NCBI GenBank assembly: GCA_021513715.1
Contig: CP084167.1
Coordinates: 800,001-864,000, forward strand
Length of the DNA: 64,000 nt
From: Candidatus Heimdallarchaeum endolithica
Lineage (GTDB): Archaea; Asgardarchaeota; Heimdallarchaeia; Heimdallarchaeales; Heimdallarchaeaceae
Reading direction: 5' to 3'
The position numbers and the translations under genes are program-made. Every line of letters begins with the position of its first letter. Positions within the stretch are counted from its first letter, which is position 1. Under the pieces are notes generated by a model. It was given only the letters and a program-made list of their open reading frames with translations. It did no database searches and was not told where the DNA came from. Of this stretch, positions 1 to 11,227 are shown piece after piece.

Positions 1-399
1 AAAATTCAATTAAAGTATGAAAAAAAAGGAAATTCAAGTTACTTAATAAAAATAATCCAATTAAAATGGAAAGAAATAAGACAAAAATAAGAATATATTT
101 CAAAATTTAATTTAGTTTTATATTGTTAATGTTCAATGTGATACAATTGAAAACAATTTAATAAATTTGTTGCTAAAAAATCAGTTTATTGCTTAATTAT
201 TTTTTCTTTTATTCACACATTACTTCTAATAAGGCCAGTCCTTTATTCCAATAAGTTAGCTTATTAGATAGGAGACATTATTAGAAAAGAGCCATTTAGG
301 TCTCTTTAAACTATAAGTTTACTTAAATTCAATAAAAAAATTAATTCAAAGAAAGAAATTAAAATAACTTTATTTCACTTATTTTGAGTTATCTTTAAT

Positions 400-1866
400 T
401 CATTTCTCTTTCTTTTCCTCCCATAAAGGAATAAGCAACGAAACTAGCAATCCTGAAGGCTTGTTATCAGAAAAATACAACTTTCCACCTAAAGATTCTA
501 TTGTTCTTCTAGCTAAGGATAAACCTACCCCTCCTGAATTTGTTCTTGGGAGTTCTGATTGTAAAACAGATTCTTTTTCTTCATCAGTCATTCCTTTTCC
601 ATTATCTTTTATTTTTATATGAGCAAAACTATTTTCTACAAAACACTCAATTTCAACTTTGGTTGTTTTTTCTCCATGAATAAAAGCATTTGAAATTATA
701 TTATAAATAATTAAATTTAATAACTTATTTCCTCTCACAAAAATCTTCTTTTTTGGCAATTTAACTGAAACATTATTAAAAAGATATGAAATATTTGTAA
801 TAAATGAGATAGGGATTTTCTGTATTTCTATATTTGATAGTATATCTTTTGTTGATATTTGTTTATTTATTCTACTTTCAACTTCCTTTATCCTGCTATC
901 CAACAAATCTAAAAATTGTTTATCTCCAGTTTCTCTATACAATTCAAGTGAAGAACTTAATACAACAAGATCATTATTTAAATCATGTCTAAAGAATTTA
1001 TTTAGAATAACTAAAAAGTGAACAAGTTCTTCCGTTTCTTTATACAACACACTGAGTTCCTCTTTTTCTCTTTCAATTTCAGTAAGGGTTTTTACTTGTG
1101 GTTTCGGATAAATAAAAGAAAAAATGATAATGGTAATGAAAATGTAAATAAAGAAAATACTACTGAATTTTGAAGTCTTAACAATATTGAAATATTCAAG
1201 GATAGAAAACAAGTCAGACAAATATAAGAATATTACAGATATCATTCCCATTGTAAAAATATTAAACTTCTTTTGCTGATAATAGATACTAAAAAGCGAT
1301 ACAGTAAGAGATAAAATAGCAACATCTAAAGAAATTTTTACAAACAGATAATTGAAATAAAATACATCATATTCAGATAGCAGAAAGGATAGAATAGTTT
1401 GTTTGAGACTAAATACTGAAAAAATAAGAAAAGAAAAAAGAATTAGCCCTGGCAATAAAGAATAGAAGGTTAAAAATTCCCTATCTTTGTATATACGAGT
1501 TAAAATGAGAAAAAAAAGTGGAAAATAACCAGAGAGTATCATAGAAAAGAAGATTATATCAGCATTTTCGATAAAAGGTGAAATAATTATGTAGAAAAGA
1601 ATAGTAATTGCAATGATAACTATAATCACTATTAAAGTGTAAAGCATTCTTCTGATCTCGTGTGAAAATTGATTTTTAAAAAAAAGCAATAAAAAAACTA
1701 TCAAAAAACAGAGTGAAATTTCGATAATTTTAAGGAATAATTCAAAAGTTTCTTCATTTTTAATGAAAACGAAAAACAATGGAAAAATTGCTAAAAATAA
1801 ACCTAATAAATATATATGTTTATTAAAATTAACTTTCTTTATAAATGATTTTCCTCTTAAATTCAT
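400..1866 (-). CDS. Membrane-bound sensor histidine kinase
   Basis: Multi-TM N-terminus; H-box FFRHDLNNDL, N-box NIISNAFIHG, G1 DNGKGM, G2 GGVGL. Confidence 0.9.
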   Translation of the reverse strand: MNLRGKSFIKKVNFNKHIYLLGLFLAIFPLFFVFIKNEETFELFLKIIEISLCFLIVFLLLFFKNQFSHEIRRMLYTLIVIIVIIAITILFYIIISPFIENADIIFFSMILSGYFPLFFLILTRIYKDREFLTFYSLLPGLILFSFLIFSVFSLKQTILSFLLSEYDVFYFNYLFVKISLDVAILSLTVSLFSIYYQQKKFNIFTMGMISVIFLYLSDLFSILEYFNIVKTSKFSSIFFIYIFITIIIFSFIYPKPQVKTLTEIEREKEELSVLYKETEELVHFLVILNKFFRHDLNNDLVVLSSSLELYRETGDKQFLDLLDSRIKEVESRINKQISTKDILSNIEIQKIPISFITNISYLFNNVSVKLPKKKIFVRGNKLLNLIIYNIISNAFIHGEKTTKVEIECFVENSFAHIKIKDNGKGMTDEEKESVLQSELPRTNSGGVGLSLARRTIESLGGKLYFSDNKPSGLLVSLLIPLWEEKKEK

Positions 1867-1931
1867 AGTAATCTAACAAATTTTTTTATTGAAAAAAATT
1901 AAGAAAAGGATAAAAGTATTACTCTTCTACC

Positions 1932-2228
1932 CTATTTTGCATGTTCATTTAATGCACTTTGGATCATGTAAACTCCAATTGGGTTGAAGATTATAAGAGC
2001 TAAAAATAGAGCAAATGCACTTTTTCCTGTTGCTTTTCCATATCCAACAATATATTTAATTATCCAATATATGTTTAGAATAGGAATGAATACAAAGATG
2101 TAAGATGGGATATCAGCGCCTAGTTCATTTAACTCGTTTTTAGTCCAATAATACCAAAATAGTGCATAAATTCCAAAAGTTATCATTATCAAGATAATAA
2201 CTAGTATGGGATTTCTTTCTTTAACCAT
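1932..2228 (-). CDS. Small membrane protein, DUF4234-like
   Basis: RNPILVIILIMITFGIYALFWYY..KNEL and final IQSALN pattern. Confidence 0.7.
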   Translation of the reverse strand: MVKERNPILVIILIMITFGIYALFWYYWTKNELNELGADIPSYIFVFIPILNIYWIIKYIVGYGKATGKSAFALFLALIIFNPIGVYMIQSALNEHAK

Positions 2229-2345
2229 AGTAATTCTTTACTTCTATCAGTTTCTTATAAATATTTTCTATAAGAAAATAAAAATAAGTAATTAAGTTTT
2301 CGTTTTTAATTAACTGAAAAGTTAGTTTTCTTAAGAAAAGTATGA

Positions 2346-4139
2346 TTAAATCTCACCCTTCCAAATTCTTTGCATTTCTTCAGATTTAGTAAGCAATTCA
2401 TCTAATTTTCCTATTTGTTCTATTTTACCATCTTTAAGTAGTATTATTTTATCTGCTTTTTTCAGCATCATTTTTCTATGTGAAACAGCAAAACAAGTCA
2501 TTTCTTTATAACTAAAAATTCTTCTCCATAATTCTTGTTCAGTTTTTACATCAAGTGCACTTGACAAATCATCAAAAATATACAAATCAGATTTTCTTGC
2601 AAACATTCTTGCTGTGGCTAATCTTTGTTTTTGTCCTCCTGAAAGTTTCACTCCTTTTGGTCCAATCAGAGTTTCACTCTTTTTCTCAAACTTTTTTATT
2701 TCATCTTCTAATACCGCTAGTTTAAGTGCTTTTTCTATCTCGATGTTATTTTCTTCTAAGCCTAGGAGTATATTCTCTTTTATAGTATCACTAAACAAAT
2801 GCGGAACTTGAGGAGTATAAGCTGTTCTTGGAGGAATAAAAAATGAAGAACAGTCTTCTATTTTTTTGTTATTCCAACTTATTTCTCCTGATTGCTTATC
2901 GTATAATCCTAAAAGAGTCCTTAATAAGGTTGTTTTCCCAGAACCAACGCGTCCTGTTAAAACTGTAAGTGTTCCTCGTTCTATTTCAAAAGACACATTT
3001 TCTATTCCTTTATTAGAATCAGGAAAAATATAAGTTAAATTCCTAACAATTAGTTTTTGTAAAGTTCCGTAATTTTCATTTAAATCAGATTTTTGGCTGG
3101 TATAGGACTTATTAATGTACACAGGTCCATAATTAACAAGTTTTTCTTCTATTTTCTGATAACTCTCTCTTTTTCTTCCTCGTACCAATTTGAATATTCT
3201 TGAATAAGACACTTTTGTTCTTAAATAACGGGGAATGAAGTCTCCAATGTCCCAAATAAAATCGGCAAGAGAATTTAAGATCCCAACAAATAAAGCCAAG
3301 TCTCCAATAGTAAATGTGTTATTGGTTAAGCTATTTCCAACGATGTAAAGAACTATTCCGATTCCTACAGAAACAGTGATTCGGTATATTGAATTTAATA
3401 TGGCTACAAATAATTCATCTTTGATTTCAGCTTTTCTTCTCTTTTCATTTATACTGTCAAAATACCTCAAAACTCTTTCTTCAGAATTAGTAATTTTTAT
3501 AGCTTGAATAGAATGATAAATCTCTCCTATTGCTCTTGTTACTGCGCCTGCAGCTTTTCTTCTTGTTTTTCTTAACTCAATAATCTTCTTCTTTGAAAAA
3601 AGAACTAAAAAGATCATTATAGTAAAAGGAATAGATAGATAGGCAGTGACTTGCCAATTTATTTTCTGCATTACAAGAAATGAGAATCCTGCAAAAACTG
3701 CAATAGAAAATTTCTGTGTAATTTCATAAGTAAACCAAATTGCTTCCTCCACATCACCCCTAAATCGTGAAACAGACTCTCCTGCAGTATCTGTTAGAGC
3801 TTCTGCACCAGGCAAGCTAAAAATTTGAACAAGCATATTTTTTCTTAACAATATTTGTGCTTGTTTAACATAAGGCATCATTGTAACAAAAAATATAGCA
3901 TCTGCTAGAAAATTAAATGCTCTTGCTAAAGGAATTAAGAGAAGAATTAACACCCAAATACTAATATTAAAATTCGAGACATGCTCTATTTTATTAAATA
4001 TTTCACGAATAATTAAACTTAGCATTAAAGGAGTTAAGAAGAATAAAATATCTGATAAGAAACCAAAAAACACTAATACAGGTTTAAATTTTAGCAATTT
4101 CCAGCTTAATTTCAAAACTCTGATTTTTTCTTCTTTCAT
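2346..4139 (-). CDS. ABC exporter half-transporter (TMD+NBD)
   Basis: Walker A GRVGSGKT, signature LSGGQ, Walker B YIFDD, N-terminal TMD. Confidence 0.93.
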   Translation of the reverse strand: MKEEKIRVLKLSWKLLKFKPVLVFFGFLSDILFFLTPLMLSLIIREIFNKIEHVSNFNISIWVLILLLIPLARAFNFLADAIFFVTMMPYVKQAQILLRKNMLVQIFSLPGAEALTDTAGESVSRFRGDVEEAIWFTYEITQKFSIAVFAGFSFLVMQKINWQVTAYLSIPFTIMIFLVLFSKKKIIELRKTRRKAAGAVTRAIGEIYHSIQAIKITNSEERVLRYFDSINEKRRKAEIKDELFVAILNSIYRITVSVGIGIVLYIVGNSLTNNTFTIGDLALFVGILNSLADFIWDIGDFIPRYLRTKVSYSRIFKLVRGRKRESYQKIEEKLVNYGPVYINKSYTSQKSDLNENYGTLQKLIVRNLTYIFPDSNKGIENVSFEIERGTLTVLTGRVGSGKTTLLRTLLGLYDKQSGEISWNNKKIEDCSSFFIPPRTAYTPQVPHLFSDTIKENILLGLEENNIEIEKALKLAVLEDEIKKFEKKSETLIGPKGVKLSGGQKQRLATARMFARKSDLYIFDDLSSALDVKTEQELWRRIFSYKEMTCFAVSHRKMMLKKADKIILLKDGKIEQIGKLDELLTKSEEMQRIWKGEI

Positions 4140-5917
4140 TTAAGAACCTCTTCAATTTTTCCAGTTTTTAACAGTTGATAAAAATAAGAATTTTTATCTT
4201 TTACAAGCTTCTTTCTTTCTCCATATTCAATCACTTTTCCTTTATCAAGTACTAAAATTTCATCTACATTATCTAAGGTCTCTAATCTGTGAGCAATAAT
4301 TATTGCTGTTCTATTAACTAGCAATTTATCAATAGCAGCTTTGACCAAATTCTCTGTTACAGGGTCAAGGCGAGAAGAAGCTTCGTCTAGGATAACTAAA
4401 TTTGGTTTTTTCAAAAAAACACGAGTTAATGTCAAAAGCTGAGCTTCTCCTGCAGATAATCCTTGTTCATCAGAACTTATTATTGTATCTAAACCATCAG
4501 GTAATCGTTTAAACCATTCTTTTAGACCTAGATCAAACATAATATGGATAATTTTTTTATCAGAAATCCTGTTATCAAAAAATGTTATATTGTTTCTTAA
4601 TGAAGCTTGAAATAATTCAATATCCTGAGTAACATAAGCGATATTACTTCTAAGGTTTTTGATATCATATTCTTTGATATCTATATTATTAATCTTTATT
4701 CTCCCATTTCCTTCATTAATATCATAGAGTCTGAAAATTAATCTTGAAAGAGTAGTTTTACCAGAACCAGTATGACCTACTAGACCTAATTTTTTCCCTT
4801 TATTAAGTTTAAATGAAACACCCTTTAGAACAGGTTCAGTATCAATATAGGAGAAGTTTACATTTTCAAATTCTAATTCTATAGCTCCAGGAGCTATTTT
4901 CTTAGTTCCACTTGCTTTGATCTCAGACTTAATATGGAATAAGTAAGTTATCCTTCTAATTGAAGCAGCTGCCTTTTGAAACTGTTGAACTTGCCTAATA
5001 ATACGATAAATTGGAAGAATTAATATTCCAACAATCATCTGAACAAAAAAAATTGTTCCTAAAGTTATTTTTCCATTTTCAAAAAGCAGAAATGAAGGAG
5101 AAAAAACTAAGATATCAGCTAAAGAAAGTAAAATCCAACTTCCAAATAGTATGTACAATTCTTTAAATAGTGCATTCATGAATGTTTTATAATTGTATCT
5201 CGATTTATCAAAGAATTTATTTAACGTGAAGTCTATTGCATCATTTGTTTTTATATCTTCAATTGCATTCAAACTTTCTTCAATAACACCAAAAAGTTCA
5301 GAACTTGATTGCCTTTCTTTTTCCCAATTTTGGACAGAAATATCTCTAAGAAAATAAATTAGAATAAATGCAAAAATTGTAAAACCAAAAAACACCAGAC
5401 CAATAATCCAATTTTTAATAAATAAAACTGTTATAATTCCAATAATTAACAGAAATGAGGTTAGTAATTGAACTGAAAATTGGGAGAAAAATTGTGCTAA
5501 AGTATTTATATCACCGTCTATTCTTTCTATCATTTCTCCAGCTTTAAATCTATTATGAAAAGACATATCTAAGTTAATTGTATGAAAAGTAAGATCATAT
5601 CTGAGTTTATTGGTAGTTGACCAAGCTAGATCTTGACCTATGTAAACTGTTCCTAAATAAATAGTAAATTGCAACAGAGAGAGAATAATGTATAAAAAAG
5701 CATAGAAGTTAAGTGTTTTTTTAGTACTTGAAAATAGTATTCTACCAATATTTTCTGTTGCTAAATCAATATACCACTGAATTAGAAAAGGAGAAAATAC
5801 TTGGATAATTGTCATTGAAAGTAGTAACAAACCCAATAATATAACTTTGATAAAATGAGGTTGTAAATATTTCTTTTGCAAATTCCAATAATCTGACATT
5901 TGAATTTGAGATTGCAT
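4136..5917 (-). CDS. ABC exporter half-transporter, probable heterodimer partner
   Basis: GHTGSGKT, LSAGE, VILDEA, AHRL; overlaps next gene by 4 nt. Confidence 0.93.
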   Translation of the reverse strand: MQSQIQMSDYWNLQKKYLQPHFIKVILLGLLLLSMTIIQVFSPFLIQWYIDLATENIGRILFSSTKKTLNFYAFLYIILSLLQFTIYLGTVYIGQDLAWSTTNKLRYDLTFHTINLDMSFHNRFKAGEMIERIDGDINTLAQFFSQFSVQLLTSFLLIIGIITVLFIKNWIIGLVFFGFTIFAFILIYFLRDISVQNWEKERQSSSELFGVIEESLNAIEDIKTNDAIDFTLNKFFDKSRYNYKTFMNALFKELYILFGSWILLSLADILVFSPSFLLFENGKITLGTIFFVQMIVGILILPIYRIIRQVQQFQKAAASIRRITYLFHIKSEIKASGTKKIAPGAIELEFENVNFSYIDTEPVLKGVSFKLNKGKKLGLVGHTGSGKTTLSRLIFRLYDINEGNGRIKINNIDIKEYDIKNLRSNIAYVTQDIELFQASLRNNITFFDNRISDKKIIHIMFDLGLKEWFKRLPDGLDTIISSDEQGLSAGEAQLLTLTRVFLKKPNLVILDEASSRLDPVTENLVKAAIDKLLVNRTAIIIAHRLETLDNVDEILVLDKGKVIEYGERKKLVKDKNSYFYQLLKTGKIEEVLK

Positions 5918-5971
5918 AAGATTGCCCTTTCCTAACGATTTCTAAGATAACTATTTCAAAATATGTTTCAG

Positions 5972-6880
5972 CTATATTTCGATTTCGATGAAATTAGAAA
6001 TTAGTCCTATAGATTCTGGGCCTAAATGTGAGAGAACAGAACCATAAGATCTTGCTACTTCAATTTTGATAGAACTATCCCATTCTTTTATATAATCAGC
6101 TAGTTTTTCTGCGTAATCAAGTCTTGTTCCATAAACAATTGAAAATTCTTTTGGTCTATTTTGTAAATTGTTTGTACTCAAATCTAAAAGAGCTCTTAGT
6201 CCCTCGTCAACTTCTTTTACTGCTTTTAAAGCTTCTACTTCTCCTTCTTTATTCATTGTTATGATAGGCTTTCTCCTTAACATATTTCCGATTAAAAATT
6301 TAGTTGTAGATAAACGTCCTCCTTTCCATAAATATTTCAAAGTCGGAAGAAGAATATGAGTTTTGATATTTAGAGCTTGTTCTCTTAATATTGATGCTAT
6401 TTCTTCACCTGTATTTTTGTTTTTTTCTATCAACTTTAAAGCTAGTCTGATTAAATGCATCTCTGGAAAAGAAGCAGACTTACTATCAATAATGTGAATA
6501 TTAACATCTTTGTATTTTCTTGAAATGTTTTTAGCTCCTAATCTCGCACTGTTAATTGTGCCACTTAATCCTTTCGTCACATGAATTGAAATAATCTCCT
6601 TTGCACCTTCTTTAATTAGAGACTCGTAAGCTTGGTAAAATTCTCCAGGAGAAGGTTGTGAGGTCTTTGGAACAAAAGAGAATAATTTCAACTTTGGTAT
6701 ATGGAAATAAGCTTTTTCTTCTTCAAATAACCTATAATAGGCATCATAATCGAAATTTTCATCTTCTTTATACACTTTTTCATGAATAATTATAGACAGA
6801 GGAACAACTTTGATTCCCTTTTCTTTGGCAAAAGACCAAGGTATATCTGAAGTTGAATCAGTTACGATTCTAAAAGACAT
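5972..6880 (-). CDS. DegV family fatty-acid-binding protein
   Basis: IVTDSTSDIP, PKTSQPSPG, LSGTINSA, IDSKSAS, GGRL, SHLGP. Confidence 0.92.
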   Translation of the reverse strand: MSFRIVTDSTSDIPWSFAKEKGIKVVPLSIIIHEKVYKEDENFDYDAYYRLFEEEKAYFHIPKLKLFSFVPKTSQPSPGEFYQAYESLIKEGAKEIISIHVTKGLSGTINSARLGAKNISRKYKDVNIHIIDSKSASFPEMHLIRLALKLIEKNKNTGEEIASILREQALNIKTHILLPTLKYLWKGGRLSTTKFLIGNMLRRKPIITMNKEGEVEALKAVKEVDEGLRALLDLSTNNLQNRPKEFSIVYGTRLDYAEKLADYIKEWDSSIKIEVARSYGSVLSHLGPESIGLISNFIEIEI

Positions 6881-7024
6881 AAATATATTTCACATTTAAA
6901 TTTTAAAAAATTATTTATCTTGGATAATAAAAACAAACACTGATTGAGAAGTTAACGAAGAATTATAACATATCATTATCTATTTGAATATAAAAATTGA
7001 TTATAAGTCTCCAGTATAATTTAT

Positions 7025-8254
7025 CTAAAGGATTATTAGAATAGAAAAAAGAACCAGAAAACTTGTAGAGATAAGATCTGCCAATGTGCTTAGCACTGGA
7101 ATGACAATATTATCAGGATTAAAACCATATTTATAGGTTAAAACAGCAGTCAAAAAAGCTAATGAACTTACAATTAAGTAAGAGATTAAATTAGATGAAA
7201 TCAGTACTAGCAACAACGAAAAATAAAGTATTAATGATATGTTTATGGGATATATTGCAACAGCTAAAAGGCTGTAAATTATAGACATTAAGATACCTAC
7301 AGTACCAAAAGCACAAAAAGGGAGAAGAAGTTCTTTTGACTTGATAAAACTTATTTTTGGTTCCAGTGTACCTAAATGTAATTTCGTTGTAGTTGTATTT
7401 GCAATAATCGAATTTTGTGCTCCTACAGTGCTGAGTACAGAAGGAAGAACAACTAAAACAATAGGAACTGCTTGCAATAGATTTTCAAAGGTAACAAGGA
7501 TACTACCTGTTCCTGCTGCAATAATTGTTGTAACAAGAAGAGGAGGTAAACTTTGTTTTAACCCAAGTTTTATGAAACCATTTTTTATCCAATATACTTG
7601 TAGGAACATAATTAAAAGAAAAATAAAAGATACAAGAGGGAGACCTGCATATAAAGATAATTTTGTTTTCCATGGTCTATAAAAGATACATGTTAAAAAG
7701 AAAACTATAGTGATTATAATATCATTAACTGTACTCATAATTGGATAAGTATAAACATCAGGGTCTCCATTATGATTAAAAACAAAAAATGAAAAAACAA
7801 CTGTTAAAAATAAAGAAATAACAGTTCCAATAAAAAAAGTTGTAATCGTGATTACTAAAATTGATAAGAATTCCATTGAAATTTTCATTATCAAACAAAT
7901 AAGAGTAGAAATTATTGTGACAAAAACAGAATCATAAAAAGACAACATTAGAATTAATGATAAAAGTTCGTAAAATCTTTTTGTATTTTGCCTAAATGAG
8001 GGTTTAATTGTACCTAAATGAAGAGAGGTACCCAAATTTCCAGTTAATATTCCACTAATATCCCCTCTTACAGTTAAAAGGAGAGGAAATATTAGAAAGA
8101 TCCAAGGTAAAAAGGGTTGAATCTTGTTTAACAGTACAGCTGTTCTACCTGCAAAGATTCCTCCAATATTAAAAACAATAGCCCCAAACGCAGAAATCAC
8201 TAAAGCACTATATTCTGTTAATAGAGATTGACGTTTAGGAAAGCGTCGAGGCAT
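7025..8254 (-). CDS. MgtE/SLC41-type divalent cation transporter
   Basis: Duplicated motifs RGDISG..LHLG / TKLHLG and DPDVYTYP / NPDNIVIP; about 10 TM. Confidence 0.82.
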   Translation of the reverse strand: MPRRFPKRQSLLTEYSALVISAFGAIVFNIGGIFAGRTAVLLNKIQPFLPWIFLIFPLLLTVRGDISGILTGNLGTSLHLGTIKPSFRQNTKRFYELLSLILMLSFYDSVFVTIISTLICLIMKISMEFLSILVITITTFFIGTVISLFLTVVFSFFVFNHNGDPDVYTYPIMSTVNDIIITIVFFLTCIFYRPWKTKLSLYAGLPLVSFIFLLIMFLQVYWIKNGFIKLGLKQSLPPLLVTTIIAAGTGSILVTFENLLQAVPIVLVVLPSVLSTVGAQNSIIANTTTTKLHLGTLEPKISFIKSKELLLPFCAFGTVGILMSIIYSLLAVAIYPINISLILYFSLLLVLISSNLISYLIVSSLAFLTAVLTYKYGFNPDNIVIPVLSTLADLISTSFLVLFSILIIL

Positions 8255-8328
8255 AAGTAGATTAATTTTAAATAAATTATTAAAGTTGTTGTCAATTTCT
8301 AATAGCTAAAAAGAGAAAAAAGAAGAAA

Positions 8329-8913
8329 TTAATATTCTTCACATTTTAGTTCAAAATAATTGTATGGATGTGCACAAACTGGACATTTCTTAGGCGGTTC
8401 TGTTCCTTCATGAACATAACCACATTTTTCACAGACCCAATAGTACTTCTTTTCTTTTTTAAAGACAGTTTTAGCTTTAACTTCTTTCAAGAGCTTTGTA
8501 TAGCGTTCTTCATGATGAACTTCTGCTCTTCCAATTGCCCTTAACTTAATGGCTATTTTCTGTAATCCTTCCTCCTCTGCGACTTTAGCAAACTCAGGAT
8601 ACATTATTGTATTTTCATAATGCTCTCCATCAATAGCTGCCTGTAAATTCTCCTCTGTTGAACCAAGAACAGTTGGAACAGCAACATCTATTTCTAGTTC
8701 TTTTAGATCGATTTTTTCTTTATCTAATAACTCATTTAATAATTCAAACAAAACCTTTGCATGTTCTTTCTCGTTCATAGCTGTAATTTCGAATAATTGT
8801 GCAATCTGCATATAACCTTCTTTCTTTGCAACTTTAGCATAAAAAGTATATCTGTTTCTAGCTTGACTCTCTCCAACAAAAGCCTTTGCTAAATTTTTTA
8901 TTGTTTCTTTCAT
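8329..8913 (-). CDS. rbr: Rubrerythrin
   Basis: AFVGESQARNRY, NEKEHA, GEHYE, EVHHE, C-terminal CEKCG...CPVC; likely start ATG 8913. Confidence 0.93.
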   Translation of the reverse strand: MKETIKNLAKAFVGESQARNRYTFYAKVAKKEGYMQIAQLFEITAMNEKEHAKVLFELLNELLDKEKIDLKELEIDVAVPTVLGSTEENLQAAIDGEHYENTIMYPEFAKVAEEEGLQKIAIKLRAIGRAEVHHEERYTKLLKEVKAKTVFKKEKKYYWVCEKCGYVHEGTEPPKKCPVCAHPYNYFELKCEEY

Positions 8914-8941
8914 TGTACTAGAAAATAAAGAAATGTTTTTT

Positions 8942-9097
8942 TTAAATATATTCATCTATCTTTTTTTTTATTGTAAAATCGTAATGGTTAAGATCAATTG
9001 AACAACCAGTACAGTTAGAGCAATCAAAATTGCATTTTCTAGTTTTCCTTCTATAATCGTTATATAATTTTCTTAGAAAAGAAAAAAATTTGCTCAT
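8942..9097 (-). CDS. Small Cys-rich protein downstream of feoB (FeoB-associated, FeoC-analogous)
   Basis: 51 aa from ATG 9097, GTGA upstream, CNFDCSNCTGC motif, starts 8 nt after feoB stop. Confidence 0.6.
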   Translation of the reverse strand: MSKFFSFLRKLYNDYRRKTRKCNFDCSNCTGCSIDLNHYDFTIKKKIDEYI

Positions 9098-9105
9098 AAA
9101 ATCAC

Positions 9106-11202
9106 TTAAACAATTAATCTCAATATCTGATAAACTATTGTAGTTATTAGAGTAGTTAAAAATAGTGGCCATAAAATGCTAAATAAAGACCATTTATAGC
9201 TATTAGTTTCAGATTTCACAGCAGCAATTGTAGCAAAACATGGAGCATAGGTTAACTGAAAAAGAAGAAAAGATATCACTTGTGGCAAAGACCATAAGTT
9301 CAGTAAAACTGTTTTCAGATCTCCAGAAGCGTATATTACTCCTAAGGCAACAATTATTGTTTCTTTGGCTGCAAAGCCAAAAACAAGTGGAGCAATCATC
9401 TCCCAAGATAACCCCATTAAAGGATAAGTAATGAAAGAGAAAACTTTTCCTAAATACCCCAAAATTGTGAATTCTGGAGAAACACCATAAGGCAAGTTAC
9501 TTAGTATCCAAATAAATATAGAAGCGGAAAAAATGAATGTTCCTGCTTTTTTCACAAAAACTCCTGCTCTACTCCATGTTAAATAATAGATATTTTTTAA
9601 GATTGGTTTCCTATATTCTGGCATTTCAAGGATTAAAGGCAATGGTTCTTCTTTTTCCATGAAAAGTCGTAGAATACTTGAAGAAATGAGTGTCAAGAAA
9701 ATACTGAAAGCATACAGCCCCAACATAATTAATGATGCTTTCCAAGGCTCAAAAAATATTCCTGTTATAAAAGCAATAACTCCTAAAGTAGCAGCACAAG
9801 GGATGAAAGAAAGAGAAACTATCATTCTTATTCTATCTTTAGGATTTTTTATTATTCTTGTTGCTAGGATACCTGCAGCATTACAACCAAAACCCATCAC
9901 TATTGAAAGAAAAGCTGTTCCTTGTAGACCAAATTTGTTCATAAATCTATCCATTAAATAAGCAGAACGAGCTAAATAGCCTGAATCTTCCATGATAGCA
10001 ACAAGGGTATAAAAAATTATTATCAAGGGTAGAAACAAAAGAAAAGCACTAATTCCAGCAATAATTCCATCAACTACAAAACTTGTTATTATTTCTGGTG
10101 AACTAGATTGAATCATTAAAGAACGAATATATTCTGCAAATAAATTGAGTAAATAAGACATTCCTTCTATTATTGGAGAAGAAATAGAAAAGGAAATGAA
10201 GAAAAATAAAGCATAAATCAATATCAAAATAGGATATCCAAATATCGGATGCAAGACTATTTTATCAATTTTATCACTTATTGTTTCTTTAAACTCAAGA
10301 TCACCTTTAACTGACTGTGTTACAATAGTATGTAGACCTGAATATTTTGTCTTTGCAATTTCTACTTTAGGATTAATACTTTCTTTTTCTTTTATCTCTT
10401 CTAAAGTTTTGAGCAGAGTCTCTAAGTCAAATTCTTTTGATAACTCACTTCTAGTCCAGTTATCTCCTTCTAACAATTTTATAGCAATCCAGCGTACAGG
10501 ATATTCCTTTAGAACCTTTCTATCAGCTATTTGCTCCGAAATTTTTCTAATTATAGCTTCAATTTTACTTGAATAAAGTATTTTAGCAGGGTGGAAGTCA
10601 TATTTATCAGTATGAATAGCATCATAAATAAATTTCTTGAGTTCAATAAGAGAGGAATCCCTTAAAGCACTAACTAAAATTACAGGTACTCCAAGCAAAC
10701 TCGCCAATTTCTTTCTACTAATTTCTAAATTATGTTTCTCAGCAACATCAATCATATTTACAATAATTGCAACTTTATCAGTTAACTCAAAAGCTTGTAG
10801 TGCCAGATATAGTGTTCTTTCTAGTCTCATTGCGTCAGCAATAACACATACCAAATCAGGTCTTTCTTGCACAATAAATTCTTCAGTTATTATTTCTTCA
10901 TCTGACCTCCCAGAAAGTGAATATGTGCCAGGCAAATCTATAACTGAAAAATATTCATCAGCTAAAATAAAATGACCTTCTTTCTTTTCAACTGTTTTTC
11001 CAGGCCAGTTTCCTATATGTTGATGACTCCCAGTTAATTCATTAAAAAGAGATGATTTTCCTACATTGGGATTTCCCAAAAAACCAATAACATGTTCAAT
11101 TGAATGGTTTTTTGAGGAATAATATTTCTTTCCTTTCCTTTTTTTCAATCTTTTTTTTTTCCTGATATTTCTAAATCTGCCTTGATCATCTGAAGAATGC
11201 AT
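9106..11202 (-). CDS. feoB: Ferrous iron transporter B
   Basis: GNPNVGKS, GNWPGKTVE, DLPGTYSL, NMID, GFGC, LEMPEYR. Confidence 0.96.
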   Translation of the reverse strand: MHSSDDQGRFRNIRKKKRLKKRKGKKYYSSKNHSIEHVIGFLGNPNVGKSSLFNELTGSHQHIGNWPGKTVEKKEGHFILADEYFSVIDLPGTYSLSGRSDEEIITEEFIVQERPDLVCVIADAMRLERTLYLALQAFELTDKVAIIVNMIDVAEKHNLEISRKKLASLLGVPVILVSALRDSSLIELKKFIYDAIHTDKYDFHPAKILYSSKIEAIIRKISEQIADRKVLKEYPVRWIAIKLLEGDNWTRSELSKEFDLETLLKTLEEIKEKESINPKVEIAKTKYSGLHTIVTQSVKGDLEFKETISDKIDKIVLHPIFGYPILILIYALFFFISFSISSPIIEGMSYLLNLFAEYIRSLMIQSSSPEIITSFVVDGIIAGISAFLLFLPLIIIFYTLVAIMEDSGYLARSAYLMDRFMNKFGLQGTAFLSIVMGFGCNAAGILATRIIKNPKDRIRMIVSLSFIPCAATLGVIAFITGIFFEPWKASLIMLGLYAFSIFLTLISSSILRLFMEKEEPLPLILEMPEYRKPILKNIYYLTWSRAGVFVKKAGTFIFSASIFIWILSNLPYGVSPEFTILGYLGKVFSFITYPLMGLSWEMIAPLVFGFAAKETIIVALGVIYASGDLKTVLLNLWSLPQVISFLLFQLTYAPCFATIAAVKSETNSYKWSLFSILWPLFLTTLITTIVYQILRLIV

Positions 11203-11227
11203 AGTTTAACACATCTTTTTTATTTAT

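Noticed and set aside
224-286. SECIS element
   Set aside because: No AUGA/GA core seen, and no in-frame UGA selenoprotein candidate nearby
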